From Parasegetibacter sp. NRK P23 (lineage in GTDB: Bacteria > Bacteroidota > Bacteroidia > Chitinophagales > Chitinophagaceae): a stretch of 64,000 bases of DNA. Positions within the stretch are counted from its first letter, which is position 1; every line of letters starts with the position of its first letter. The position numbers were made by a program, and so were the translations under genes. The stretch covers positions 3,857,655-3,921,654 of the forward strand of contig NZ_JAMDLG010000001.1 of assembly GCF_023721715.1 (NCBI RefSeq). Direction: 5' to 3'. The notes beneath the pieces were generated by a model that had not been told where the DNA came from, did not search any database, and saw only the letters and a list, made by a program, of their open reading frames with translations. Positions 29,875-38,410 of the stretch are shown piece by piece.

Positions 29875-31302
29875 TTAACGGGGTACACCGGTCAGGATCA
29901 GGGTTTGTCCGCCTGCTTTATAGGGCTGAACGGAAGTGGCTTTACTGGGGTTCAGGAATTTGTCTCCATCTACCCAGGTATGTGCGTGGATGTTGATGAG
30001 GAACGTGTTGGGCACGTCGATGTTTTTTGAGATATCGATCATTGCGCCATGTTCCCAGGTAGCGTAACGTTGATCGTTATTTGGGTTGTACTTGGTATTA
30101 CCCAACGTTTTATTTTTCAGGTCAAGAAATACTTTTTTGGTACCGGAGGAAATGGTGTGCTGCCAGATCAGTGAGTTGTGCGAGGCGCCGGGGAAGAAAG
30201 AGTCGCCGTCTTCCTGGATGTACACATAGTTTTCGGTAACGCAGAGGTTATCGGGGTTGATGATGTCTTTTCCCGGATTCAGGTCGCCGTCTTCGATGAT
30301 GGAAAGTTTACCCTTGAGGGGATCGGAAGCATTCATGGTCAGGTGATATACCCTTCCCCAATATGTTTTTTCAGGTTGACCGCTTACACCAGTGGCCACA
30401 AAATATACCTCACGTCCTTTCGCGCCGCCACCTTTTTGGTAATCAAGGTCTTCTACGCGGGCAAACTGAATAGACTTAAGGCTGCTGTTCAGGTTTTCGA
30501 TTTCTGCGCCGGTAAGGTTCTTTGCATTGGGCACTTCCACGAACTCGACATCGTAGGTGTTTCCTTTGGTCATGGCGGTTTCAACCTGGTTCAGGTCGGT
30601 TCTGCGCAGCGCGTAGAATTTACCGTTATCCAGGTCGCCCATGGTATTGGACACATACAGGTATACTTGTCCGTTACCCGCATCTTCCCCGAGGATGATC
30701 ACTGTTTTACCTGGATACGCATCTTTTGGAAGTGGAACGGAATTTTCCCCGCTGAATTTCCCGAGGGCTGGTTTAACCCGGCTTTGGTCGGAAGGATTTG
30801 CCGTGGCGATAGGATCGATGGCATGGGTCATCGCGTTCACATTACTTTCGCCGGTAGTGAGAAATGTAGGCTTGGAGAAACCATGTTCTTCCGGTGTGGC
30901 GAGGGAGCCGGAGCAAAGTCTGAACATACCACCGTCCGTATTCACGATATATTCTCCTTTAACCGGATTAAGTTTTTTATCGAGGTATACACGGGATACC
31001 GCATAAGTATTTTCGTGGTTGGTCACCATGATGTACCCGGTTCCGTCAGGATTTTTAAGAAATCCTTGTCCGTCGGGTGCGCCGCCATATATAAAGTTGG
31101 GGTAGCCTGGAATGGTATCGCTGGTACTTATAAGGGTGTAAGCTGAAACCGTGGAAGAGAAAGCGGGATCGATGGTCACAAATGATTCCGCATTGGACCT
31201 GTTTCTGAATTCTGGTTTTTCTGCGTCAGAACCATTTTTGTCGTTCTTGTCACAACTGAGCAAGAACAAGGGAAGAGTGAGCGCTGGCAATAACTTTTTC
31301 AT
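29875..31302 (-). CDS. hypothetical lipoprotein, probably a beta-propeller (PhoX/DUF839- or phytase-like)
   Basis: Lipobox LLSC. Repetitive Gly/Asp-rich blades. No confident family assignment. Confidence 0.5.
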   Translation of the reverse strand: MKKLLPALTLPLFLLSCDKNDKNGSDAEKPEFRNRSNAESFVTIDPAFSSTVSAYTLISTSDTIPGYPNFIYGGAPDGQGFLKNPDGTGYIMVTNHENTYAVSRVYLDKKLNPVKGEYIVNTDGGMFRLCSGSLATPEEHGFSKPTFLTTGESNVNAMTHAIDPIATANPSDQSRVKPALGKFSGENSVPLPKDAYPGKTVIILGEDAGNGQVYLYVSNTMGDLDNGKFYALRRTDLNQVETAMTKGNTYDVEFVEVPNAKNLTGAEIENLNSSLKSIQFARVEDLDYQKGGGAKGREVYFVATGVSGQPEKTYWGRVYHLTMNASDPLKGKLSIIEDGDLNPGKDIINPDNLCVTENYVYIQEDGDSFFPGASHNSLIWQHTISSGTKKVFLDLKNKTLGNTKYNPNNDQRYATWEHGAMIDISKNIDVPNTFLINIHAHTWVDGDKFLNPSKATSVQPYKAGGQTLILTGVPR

Positions 31303-31394
31303 TGCGTGAAGTATATTTGCCCGAAAGTAGAAGTGTACTGTTATTAAAAGGTTAATGGAAGATTAAGCAATTGTTTATAACTGCCTAACATGCT

Positions 31395-31449
31395 CGAATA
31401 AACATAAAGCAATAAACGCAAATACCGGAGCAGTTTCCCACTCCGGTAT
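31395..31449 (-). terminator. rho-independent terminator of the SPFH gene
   Basis: Perfect 9-bp stem ataccggag/ctccggtat. U-rich tract on the minus strand. Confidence 0.65.
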
Positions 31450-31451
31450 CA

Positions 31452-32555
31452 TCATTTAGGCACGAAAATCCCCTTCAGTTGTTCCAGCAATTTTCCGTTG
31501 CCGCTCACACTAAGGCTGGTGATCTTATCCGCGATCTTCTCCACATATTCCATTTCTTTCAGTTTCCACAACATCGCGTTTTCTTCCATCAACTTTGCGG
31601 TGTTCAGCAGGCTACGTGTGCTGGCGGTTTCCTCTCTGCGCATGATGGTGTTGGCCTGCGCTTTTTTTTCGGCTACCAGCACCTGGTTCATGATCTCTTT
31701 CACGTCGCCGGGCAAAATGATGTCGCGGATACCGAAGCCGGATACTTCAACACCCAATTTTTCGGAACGTTCTTTTACTTTCTCCAGGATGAAGGGCACG
31801 ATGACGTCTTTTTTATCGAGCAACTCATCGAAACCGAATCCGGCAACATATTCCCGAAGGGCCAACTGGAAACAGATGTACAACTGACGATCGTATTCCT
31901 TGTTCTGCAACAGGGCTTTTTCAATATCCGTGACTTTGTACTGCGCCCAGGCGTTGATCCTGAGTGTTGCTTTATCGCGGGTAAGCATTTCCTGCCCGTT
32001 GATCTCCAGTTGTTGCTGGCGCGTATCTACTTTGCCCACGTAAATGGCGATGTTGTTTTTCCACCAGTAGTGCGCGCCGCTTTCCAGCATACGGACATAT
32101 TTACCATCGATGAAAAGGACGGCCCTTTCATAGTTCTCCACGCTTACGCTGCGAACATAAGGCGCCACCATCTTATTGGATAAGATTGCCCGGTCAATGG
32201 GTTCCGTAATTTCAGCTTTGCCCGTATCAGCTTTAACGAAATCATATTTTACGGGACCTTTCCAGAAAGCATACCTTCCGGAGGAAAGCACTTCGTGCAG
32301 GATGCCGTTCCTGTACAGGAGTATGATTTCGTTGTCCTTTACTTCTGTCACAATCAGCATAGACGCAAGCGTGCTGTTTTCCAGTAGAATGTTCAATTCT
32401 ATGGGGGCGTGAAAGGGTTTGGTGGTATCATACACTTCCACCTTTTCGTTGCGCCAGAACCAATATGTTCCGGCTGTAAGAATGTTTTCCAAAGCCCCTT
32501 TTCTGAACACCAGTCCAACTTCGTAGGCGTTCACTTTTACCTGTTTCATATTCAC
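31452..32555 (-). CDS. SPFH/band-7 (stomatin/prohibitin-like) domain protein
   Basis: Band-7 core (FGIRDIILPGDVKEIMNQVLVAEKKAQANTIMRREETA...). Confidence 0.7.
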   Translation of the reverse strand: MNMKQVKVNAYEVGLVFRKGALENILTAGTYWFWRNEKVEVYDTTKPFHAPIELNILLENSTLASMLIVTEVKDNEIILLYRNGILHEVLSSGRYAFWKGPVKYDFVKADTGKAEITEPIDRAILSNKMVAPYVRSVSVENYERAVLFIDGKYVRMLESGAHYWWKNNIAIYVGKVDTRQQQLEINGQEMLTRDKATLRINAWAQYKVTDIEKALLQNKEYDRQLYICFQLALREYVAGFGFDELLDKKDVIVPFILEKVKERSEKLGVEVSGFGIRDIILPGDVKEIMNQVLVAEKKAQANTIMRREETASTRSLLNTAKLMEENAMLWKLKEMEYVEKIADKITSLSVSGNGKLLEQLKGIFVPK

Positions 32556-32865
32556 GTTTTAAAGGTTGTTTTTTCAAAAACCACGATGCCCGCCACCGGC
32601 AAAGGCGGAATGGAATTCGTATACCAGCTGCTCCTGTTGTTCCCTTCGCTTATGTCGCTCCTGCTGAGGAACGACAGCCACGAAAAGAAGTGCGGGTCGA
32701 TCTGCCATCTTCCATCCATTGCTGGCTATTGCCTGGTTGCGGTTCCAAAGCCGCCCCACTCAAGGGAGCCGCTCTTTCAAGCGCCGGAATCTTCCGGCGG
32801 TCATAGGTTCCACAGGCGGGCAGCCTGGTTTTGTTTGCTTGTCATCATTTTTTGAGAAGCGATGG

Positions 32866-33000
32866 ACTTCTTTTTCAACATTTTGAGTGTTGTGTTCTAC
32901 CGCTGAACTATCACGTTTTGAGCGTGAGCAGGATTCGAACCCGCGCTGCATGAACTGTTGCTCTACCAACTGAGCTACCTGCGTTAGGAGGGAAGGAATC
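32866..33000 (-). other. cluster of degenerate, fragmented tRNA-like sequences (tRNA halves): a 5' half with CAA anticodon arm; a D-arm+T-arm chimera; a T-arm+3' acceptor fragment
   Basis: D-loop motifs AGCTCAGTTGGTAGAGC and AGTTCAGCGGTAGAAC. T-loops GGTTCGAATCC and GGTTCGATTCC. Perfect anticodon stem-loop CAACA-CUCAAAA-UGUUG. No full cloverleaf can be assembled. Confidence 0.5.
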
Positions 33001-33182
33001 GAACCTTCGACCCACAGATTAATGGTAGACAATGCCATTCCAACAACAGCATACAACTGGTTACTACCGTTGCACTGCGGGGCGTGGAAACCCTCGCCTG
33101 GGTTGTTCATTCATGATCATTGCCTTTCTTCCCGCGAGGGAAGCTTTTCTGCTGAACGGACTCAGCAATATTTTTTGTTGCA

Positions 33183-33662
33183 TTATTGCACAACTTTGTT
33201 GGCGCAGGAGCTGCTGGCGAAAGCGAAAGGCTTGGCCTGGAAAGCGAAACCCATGCCCATGATGTACCCCATGCCTTCTTTCAGCGCCTCATTGCTTTTG
33301 AATGCCGGATTCGTATTGATATCGGCGTGCACTTCAAGGTCAATATTGTACAGGGTAAAAATCCTGCACAGGTGGAAAGCCGCGTCAATACTCTTTGATA
33401 CTTCCACGAGCATCCTTTCTTTCACGCTCATTTTCCTGCGACTGGTTTCGGAGCGGATGTACATGAAGCCGCCTTTTCCTTTCCGGATAAAAACGATCAC
33501 GGTAGCGAACTCCGTTGTGTTGCCTTTCACCTGGCTATCGGTCCCGATGCATACTTTCAGTTCGTGGCCCGCGGCTTTTTCCTGAACGATCCTTTCCCTG
33601 ATCTCGTCCTCAATCGGCTGGCCGATGGGCTTTCCGTTTAATTTCCTCCATTGCTGTTCCAT
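33183..33662 (-). CDS. DUF458/YkuK-like RNase H-fold protein. The start is trimmed to MEQQW because the upstream part of the ORF overlaps tRNA genes.
   Basis: Motif VCIGTDSQ...TTEFATVIVF. The track ORF 33183..33791 overlaps tRNA-Trp and tRNA-Phe. Confidence 0.45.
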   Translation of the reverse strand: MEQQWRKLNGKPIGQPIEDEIRERIVQEKAAGHELKVCIGTDSQVKGNTTEFATVIVFIRKGKGGFMYIRSETSRRKMSVKERMLVEVSKSIDAAFHLCRIFTLYNIDLEVHADINTNPAFKSNEALKEGMGYIMGMGFAFQAKPFAFASSSCANKVVQ

Positions 33663-33682
33663 TTCATTTGGTTTTATAAAAG

Positions 33683-33754
33683 CACGGGATGAAGGATTCG
33701 AACCTTCATGCACGGGTTTGGAATCCGTGTTGTTGCCAATTACATCAACCCCGC
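33683..33754 (-). tRNA. tRNA-Trp (CCA)
   Basis: Acceptor GCGGGGU/AUCCCGU (2 G-U). Anticodon loop UUCCAAA. T-arm GAAGG-TTCGAAT-CCTTC. Discriminator G. Confidence 0.7.
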
Positions 33755-33757
33755 GAA

Positions 33758-33832
33758 TGGTGGATGAAACAGGATTCGAACCTGTAACCACGGCGTTTCA
33801 AACCGCTGCTCTACCATTGGAGCTATTCATCC
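33758..33832 (-). tRNA. tRNA-Phe (GAA), second copy, CCA encoded
   Basis: Acceptor GGAUGAA/UUCAUCC. D-arm GCTCCAATGGTAGAGC. Anticodon stem GCGGU/GCCGU with loop UUGAAAC. T-arm ACAGG-TTCGAAT-CCTGT. Confidence 0.65.
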
Positions 33833-33836
33833 GTTG

Positions 33837-33908
33837 TTGGTCCGGCAGGATTTGAACCTGCAGCCTTGAACGTATCAGGTTCCTGCGCTACCATTGCGCC
33901 ACGGACCA
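33837..33908 (-). tRNA. tRNA-Ile (GAU)
   Basis: Acceptor UGGUCCG/CGGACCA. D-stem GCGC/GCGC. Anticodon loop CUGAUAC. T-arm GCAGG-TTCAAAT-CCTGC. Confidence 0.6.
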
Positions 33909-33987
33909 TTTGCCGGCTCAGAAAGATTGGAACTTTCACTGTTGTGTTCGTAGCACAGTGTTCTTTCCGGTTAAACTATAAGCCGGG

Positions 33988-34060
33988 GGTTGTCTCCGGG
34001 CCTCGAACCCTGTTCTCTTCTTTCACAGGGAGGCGCTTTACCCGTTAAGCTAAAGACAAC
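33988..34060 (-). tRNA. tRNA of uncertain identity. Anticodon loop CUGUGAA (GUG, His-like) with discriminator C73, but a weak anticodon stem.
   Basis: Perfect 7-bp acceptor GUUGUCU/AGACAAC. D-stem GCTT/AAGC. T-loop TTCGAGG. Anticodon stem CCUCC/AGAAG has two C-A mismatches. No encoded G-1. Confidence 0.4.
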
Positions 34061-34066
34061 AAACTG

Positions 34067-34138
34067 TTGTTGAGGCTGGATTCGAACCAGCATCTTCAGC
34101 GCCAAAAGCTGACGTGCTCGCCGTTGCACTACTCAACA
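34067..34138 (-). tRNA. tRNA-Gln (UUG)
   Basis: Acceptor UGUUGAG/CUCAACA (U1-A72 as in bacterial tRNA-Gln). Anticodon stem-loop UCAGC-UUUUGGC-GCUGA. T-arm GCTGG-TTCGAAT-CCAGC. Confidence 0.8.
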
Positions 34139-34140
34139 TC

Positions 34141-34176
34141 GCATAAAAAAACCCGGTCGTTTTTGGCGACCGGGTT
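34141..34176 (-). terminator. hairpin + U7 immediately 5' of tRNA-Gln (terminator/attenuator-like)
   Basis: Perfect 9-bp stem acccggtcg/cgaccgggt, 7-nt loop, then UUUUUUU on the minus strand. It ends 3 nt before the tRNA 5' end. Confidence 0.5.
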
Positions 34177-34374
34177 CATCGTTACTGCATGAATGGGTTA
34201 TGTATTCACAAGTATATGATCCGGTTGCCGGGAAAGAATATGTTGTTCGTTGCCTGTACTGATTTTTGCGCAGAGGGGTATCGTAAACCAATAGGCGGCA
34301 TGTTGCGAACGTAAATTCTTTCGCATGGTAAATGGTATATGTTGTATTCGTTGTTGCATCTCCGTTATATTGGT

Positions 34375-34410
34375 ATAAATAAAATAAAAAACCCCGCGAT
34401 TCAGGCGGGG
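34375..34410 (-). terminator. rho-independent terminator (minus strand) downstream of the lipoprotein/small-membrane-protein genes
   Basis: Stem ccccgc/gcgggg followed by UUUUUAUUUUAUUU on the minus strand. Confidence 0.65.
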
Positions 34411-34786
34411 CGTATCTTTCAGCGATTCAGTCTGTTCAACTTATTGCATAGGTACATGCCCCGTAAATGGTGTATAGCATTCTTTGCTAAACCAATTGAG
34501 TGAAATAATATGTTGCGCTATTCGTGGCATGATTTATTTTTTCTTCGGATGCAAAGATGTGAATCTTTTTTTGATATCACCAAATGATTGCATGAATTTT
34601 TTGAATAAAAATTTTTACTCAGAAAAAAAATTCATGTTACAGATGAGCTAAAAGGTTTCTTTACAGGGCTTCAAATTTACGATAAGAAGCCACGTTAAAA
34701 CCCTTTTCAAAACAAATTCAAATACAAAGAAACCGTTACAGGAGCAATGCGGTATTGCTCCCGTAACGCCTTCTGAAGAATGGGGT

Positions 34787-35008
34787 TTATTGCTGCATAT
34801 TCAATTTCCGCTGATGTATGTAAATCATTAACATCGCCAGCGTACTTCCGACAATAGGAACAGACCAGATCAATATAAGCAGCAGCAATATTGCCAACGC
34901 GCCTCTCTTGATGGGAAATTTCAACAATAAGAAACTGGATGCAATGGCCAGCGCGATATGCAGCGCTATAGCCGCCTTCCAAACAGTGGATGAGATAATA
35001 AATTCCAT
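34787..35008 (-). CDS. small two-TM membrane protein
   Basis: Hydrophobic 73-aa ORF. Its start lies 12 nt after the stop of the upstream lipoprotein gene. Preferred over the overlapping 34707..34982 ORF. Confidence 0.4.
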   Translation of the reverse strand: MEFIISSTVWKAAIALHIALAIASSFLLLKFPIKRGALAILLLLILIWSVPIVGSTLAMLMIYIHQRKLNMQQ

Positions 35009-35019
35009 AGTATTAAAGT

Positions 35020-35769
35020 TTATTTACAGGAACTACCGGTACACTCAATTTCCTGGGTCGCCATACAACCATAATCTTCCCAGAGACAGCCCGCGTCAAC
35101 GCCATATATTTTTCTGCAGTCAGGGTGCGTTTTGATGTAATCGTTCGCAAATCTCGTCACATGTTCTGAGGCACTGCTGCGCGACGTTCTGAAAGATACG
35201 GCAGTTTTTCTGCAATTAAAATCGTCTAATCCGGGATCCGCGCCATCCATCCCTGGGTTTGCCACATCAGCAACAGTTTCCGCTTTTTGAAAACGAGGAA
35301 GACTCTTGTCCGTAAGCTCTAGATAGGCAACGGTAAGCAGGCTTAGCACAGCTATTTGATTGTCGTTCAATTGCTCCACGGAAGCGGCGTCATAAAGCTG
35401 CCCGTTGTAGTCGAGTTGGAATGTCTTTTCCCGGCTGTTGATCAGCAGCGCAGAAGAAATGTTTTCATTGCTGAAAGACAGCGTGATACTTTCATCAGGC
35501 TCCAACTTATACTTTAATGTTGCGCCTGCTGTTTCTACCGTTGCGCCGTTCAGATTTCTGAACCCGCCATTCAGCCTGAACTCAATCACGTTCCCGATAA
35601 GCGGGCTTATGCGCTCTATACTTTCGATACCCAAAGCCCTCGTAACTTTCGCAAGGTTCGTGATCAGTGATGCTTCATGCGCCAGGTTCAGGTCAACATG
35701 CGGAGCGGACTGTTTGCTACAGGAAAAAACAAAAATGGACAGGAAAAAAACAAAAGGAAATAATTTCAT
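35020..35769 (-). CDS. hypothetical lipoprotein with Cys-rich C-terminus
   Basis: Lipobox VFSCSK. Six or more Cys in the last 60 aa. Confidence 0.55.
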   Translation of the reverse strand: MKLFPFVFFLSIFVFSCSKQSAPHVDLNLAHEASLITNLAKVTRALGIESIERISPLIGNVIEFRLNGGFRNLNGATVETAGATLKYKLEPDESITLSFSNENISSALLINSREKTFQLDYNGQLYDAASVEQLNDNQIAVLSLLTVAYLELTDKSLPRFQKAETVADVANPGMDGADPGLDDFNCRKTAVSFRTSRSSASEHVTRFANDYIKTHPDCRKIYGVDAGCLWEDYGCMATQEIECTGSSCK

Positions 35770-35953
35770 GATGTAAAATTTTGATGAAGGGCAAGATTAG
35801 AACTATTGTTTTGGGCGAGGTGTTTTTAACCATTTAAAATGGATAAAAGAATAAAGTATTTTGGAAATGCATAACTGGTAAAATAAAGCCCGCTTCAGTG
35901 AAAATCCGTAAACCTTAATCACGGCAGTATAGCTACCTTGAAATGGTAAAAAC

Positions 35954-36844
35954 ATGCTTATGTTAAAGACCCTGCTTTGCTGTTCAAGTGTTTTGTTCGC
36001 GCTCTTTGTGCAGGCGCAAACCTCGTCTGGTGGCGCTATTGTGCATTCTTTCGGAAAGCACCTGATTACCGCGCCGCCTGCAACAATGAAACTGGATTCT
36101 TTCTACGCGAAGTATACTGACGCCTGGGGCATTCCTGTGATCTCCTCAAAAAATGTTTCCGATGACGCGTTGCTCGTTGCACGTGATATTGTGAACTACA
36201 TGTTGCTGAAACGGCCTGATGTTAGGGAAGTGCTCATCAAAAGAGGCGCACGTTTATCCATTATCGGGAAAGATGAAATGCAAACCGATCTTCCTGAATG
36301 CAGGGACTGGAAAAAGCCAACCAGGGACGACCGCAGGCTTACACCGGGAGAAAGAGAAAACTACGATAAACCAGGCGGGATCGCTTCTATGACCGATCAG
36401 CAATACTGGAACCAACGCGCACGTGGAATGGGCGGTATTCATACTTCCTGCGCTGAAGAGAACCTGCTCGGTATTCCGGGAACACGGTATTTTGGTGAGA
36501 ACATTACAGTGCACGAATTCAGCCACAATATGATGGGTGCGATTCAATCAATAGACCCTGAGTTCAGAAAAGAGTTGCAGGCAGCATATACAAATGCGAA
36601 AGAGAAAGGTCTTTACAAAGGGCAATACGCCATCAATACGATGGATGAATACTGGGCCGAAGGAACCCAGTGGTGGTTCTGGTCGAATTTTGAATTTTAC
36701 GATAACGATGTGCGTGTTCAGTCGCCCGAAGACCTCAGGGCTTATGATCCCGCTTTGTATGCCATCCTTGAAAAGGTATACCACGACCACCATATTCCCG
36801 CGGATGTTTATTATGGGAAGAACCTCGGTGGAAAGAAGAAGTGA
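35954..36844 (+). CDS. secreted putative zinc metallopeptidase (HExxH)
   Basis: Signal peptide. HEFSH motif in ITVHEFSHNMMG with downstream E/D/YW residues. Family uncertain. Confidence 0.45.
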   Translation: MLMLKTLLCCSSVLFALFVQAQTSSGGAIVHSFGKHLITAPPATMKLDSFYAKYTDAWGIPVISSKNVSDDALLVARDIVNYMLLKRPDVREVLIKRGARLSIIGKDEMQTDLPECRDWKKPTRDDRRLTPGERENYDKPGGIASMTDQQYWNQRARGMGGIHTSCAEENLLGIPGTRYFGENITVHEFSHNMMGAIQSIDPEFRKELQAAYTNAKEKGLYKGQYAINTMDEYWAEGTQWWFWSNFEFYDNDVRVQSPEDLRAYDPALYAILEKVYHDHHIPADVYYGKNLGGKKK

Positions 36845-36847
36845 TAT

Positions 36848-37831
36848 TTAACGGGCCATTGCATTGTTATAACGACTCCGGTATTCGAGTGGCGACATGC
36901 CCGTTATGCCACGGAATACTTCTCGGAAAGCTTTCACATCTGAGTACCCCACTTCGTACATAATTTCGCTGATGTTTTTCCGGCAGCTTTCCAGGGATTT
37001 TTTGGCGGCTTCCACTTTTACCCGTTGGGCATATTCAAGCGGCGTATTTCCGGTAGCTTTTATAAATCTTCTGTCAAAATTTCTCCGGCCGATAGCGAGT
37101 TTCAGCGCTAGTTCCTCCATGGATATTTTTTCCTGTACATGGTGTTCAATAAATGTTTGCGCCCGCTGCACCAATTCATCGCCATGCTGTTTCTGCCCGG
37201 TGAAGATGGCGAATGCGGATTGATTGTTCCTGTCCATTTCGATCTGAAAAACTTTGGCGCAATAAATAGCGGTTGCGCGATCGAAATATTTCTCCACGAG
37301 ATAGATCATCAGGTTCAGGAAGGAGAACGCGCCACCGTTAGTGTAAATGCCTTTTTCATCAGTAATGAGCTGATCGGGCTGAAGATTCACTTCTGGAAAC
37401 ATGCGCCTGAAGTTGTTTGCGGCCGCCCAATGTGTGGAGCAGCGTTTTCCATTGAGCAATCCGCTGGCAGCCAGCAGGAAGGCGCCGGTACAAATGGAAG
37501 CGATGGCGGCACCGGACTGGTATTGCTTTTCAATCCAGCTGATCATGGGGCGGTTTCTTTTTATGGCCTCTTCATACTGGTGGTTCACCGATGGAACGAT
37601 GACCAGGTCGGTTTTTTGAATGGACCTTATACCAATATGCGGTTGTACGGTAAAAACACCTTCGTGGAAAGCAATCTTTTTCTTATTGCCCGCGAGTTGT
37701 ATGCTGAACAGTGCCGATCCTCCGTTTTGTTTCCGAAACTCGTTCGCCCTGGTGAGAATTTTATAAGCGCCAACAATGCTGCTCAGGTTATTGCCTTCTC
37801 CTTCGGGAACCAGTATGGTAATATGTTGCAT
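36848..37831 (-). CDS. GlxA-family regulator (DJ-1/PfpI domain + AraC HTH)
   Basis: DJ-1/PfpI nucleophile-elbow Cys (IASICTGAFLLA). C-terminal AraC HTH. Confidence 0.75.
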   Translation of the reverse strand: MQHITILVPEGEGNNLSSIVGAYKILTRANEFRKQNGGSALFSIQLAGNKKKIAFHEGVFTVQPHIGIRSIQKTDLVIVPSVNHQYEEAIKRNRPMISWIEKQYQSGAAIASICTGAFLLAASGLLNGKRCSTHWAAANNFRRMFPEVNLQPDQLITDEKGIYTNGGAFSFLNLMIYLVEKYFDRATAIYCAKVFQIEMDRNNQSAFAIFTGQKQHGDELVQRAQTFIEHHVQEKISMEELALKLAIGRRNFDRRFIKATGNTPLEYAQRVKVEAAKKSLESCRKNISEIMYEVGYSDVKAFREVFRGITGMSPLEYRSRYNNAMAR

Positions 37832-37949
37832 GCGGCGTCTTTTGTTTAAAGGTACGAAAGTGGGTTGTCTGAATCGCCCCGTTAAAATGTCTGTTCAGCC
37901 ACCCTTCCGAATGAATCAGTGGCGATAGATTTACAAAATAAAAACCTCC

Positions 37950-38396
37950 TTGAATATGTCAGACAAACATTTCACTTTCACGCTGGAAACCGTACAGTCT
38001 CCGGAAAAAGTTTTTACAGCGATAACACAGGTTCGCGATTGGTGGACGGGATTTTTCGGGGAAGAACTCACAGGAGCAACCGAAAAACTGAACGATACAT
38101 TCAGCTTCCGTGCCGGAGATGGCGCGCATTACAGCGAACACAAACTGGTTGAAGTAGTGCCCGGGGAAAAAATAGTATGGCTCACTACAAAAAGTGATTT
38201 CAATTTCATTCAGCAAAAAGATGAATGGACCGGAACAAAAGTGATTTTTGAGATCAAAAAAGAAGGGGATAAAACCAAACTTGTTTTTACCCACGAGGGC
38301 CTTACGCCTGATGTGGAATGTTACAATGCATGTTCACCCGCATGGACGCAGTATTTGCAACAGAAACTTCTTCCTTTGATTAATGCTGATAAGTGA
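37950..38396 (+). CDS. SRPBCC (AHSA1/polyketide-cyclase-like) family protein
   Basis: Typical about 145-aa Bet v1-fold sequence (FTLETVQSPEKVFTAITQVRDWW). Confidence 0.6.
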   Translation: MNMSDKHFTFTLETVQSPEKVFTAITQVRDWWTGFFGEELTGATEKLNDTFSFRAGDGAHYSEHKLVEVVPGEKIVWLTTKSDFNFIQQKDEWTGTKVIFEIKKEGDKTKLVFTHEGLTPDVECYNACSPAWTQYLQQKLLPLINADK

Positions 38397-38410
38397 GTTA
38401 CCGGAGAGGA

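Noticed and set aside
32409-33110. ORFs 32409..32855 (+), 32760..33110 (-), 33022..33585 (+)
   Set aside because: They lie over terminator, tRNA-like debris and intergenic sequence. There are no motifs and the composition is odd.
33663-33791. N-terminal 43 codons of ORF 33183..33791
   Set aside because: They overlap tRNA-Trp and tRNA-Phe.
34707-34982. 91-aa alternative ORF overlapping the small membrane-protein ORF
   Set aside because: It is less consistent with operon spacing, and its translation has no features.
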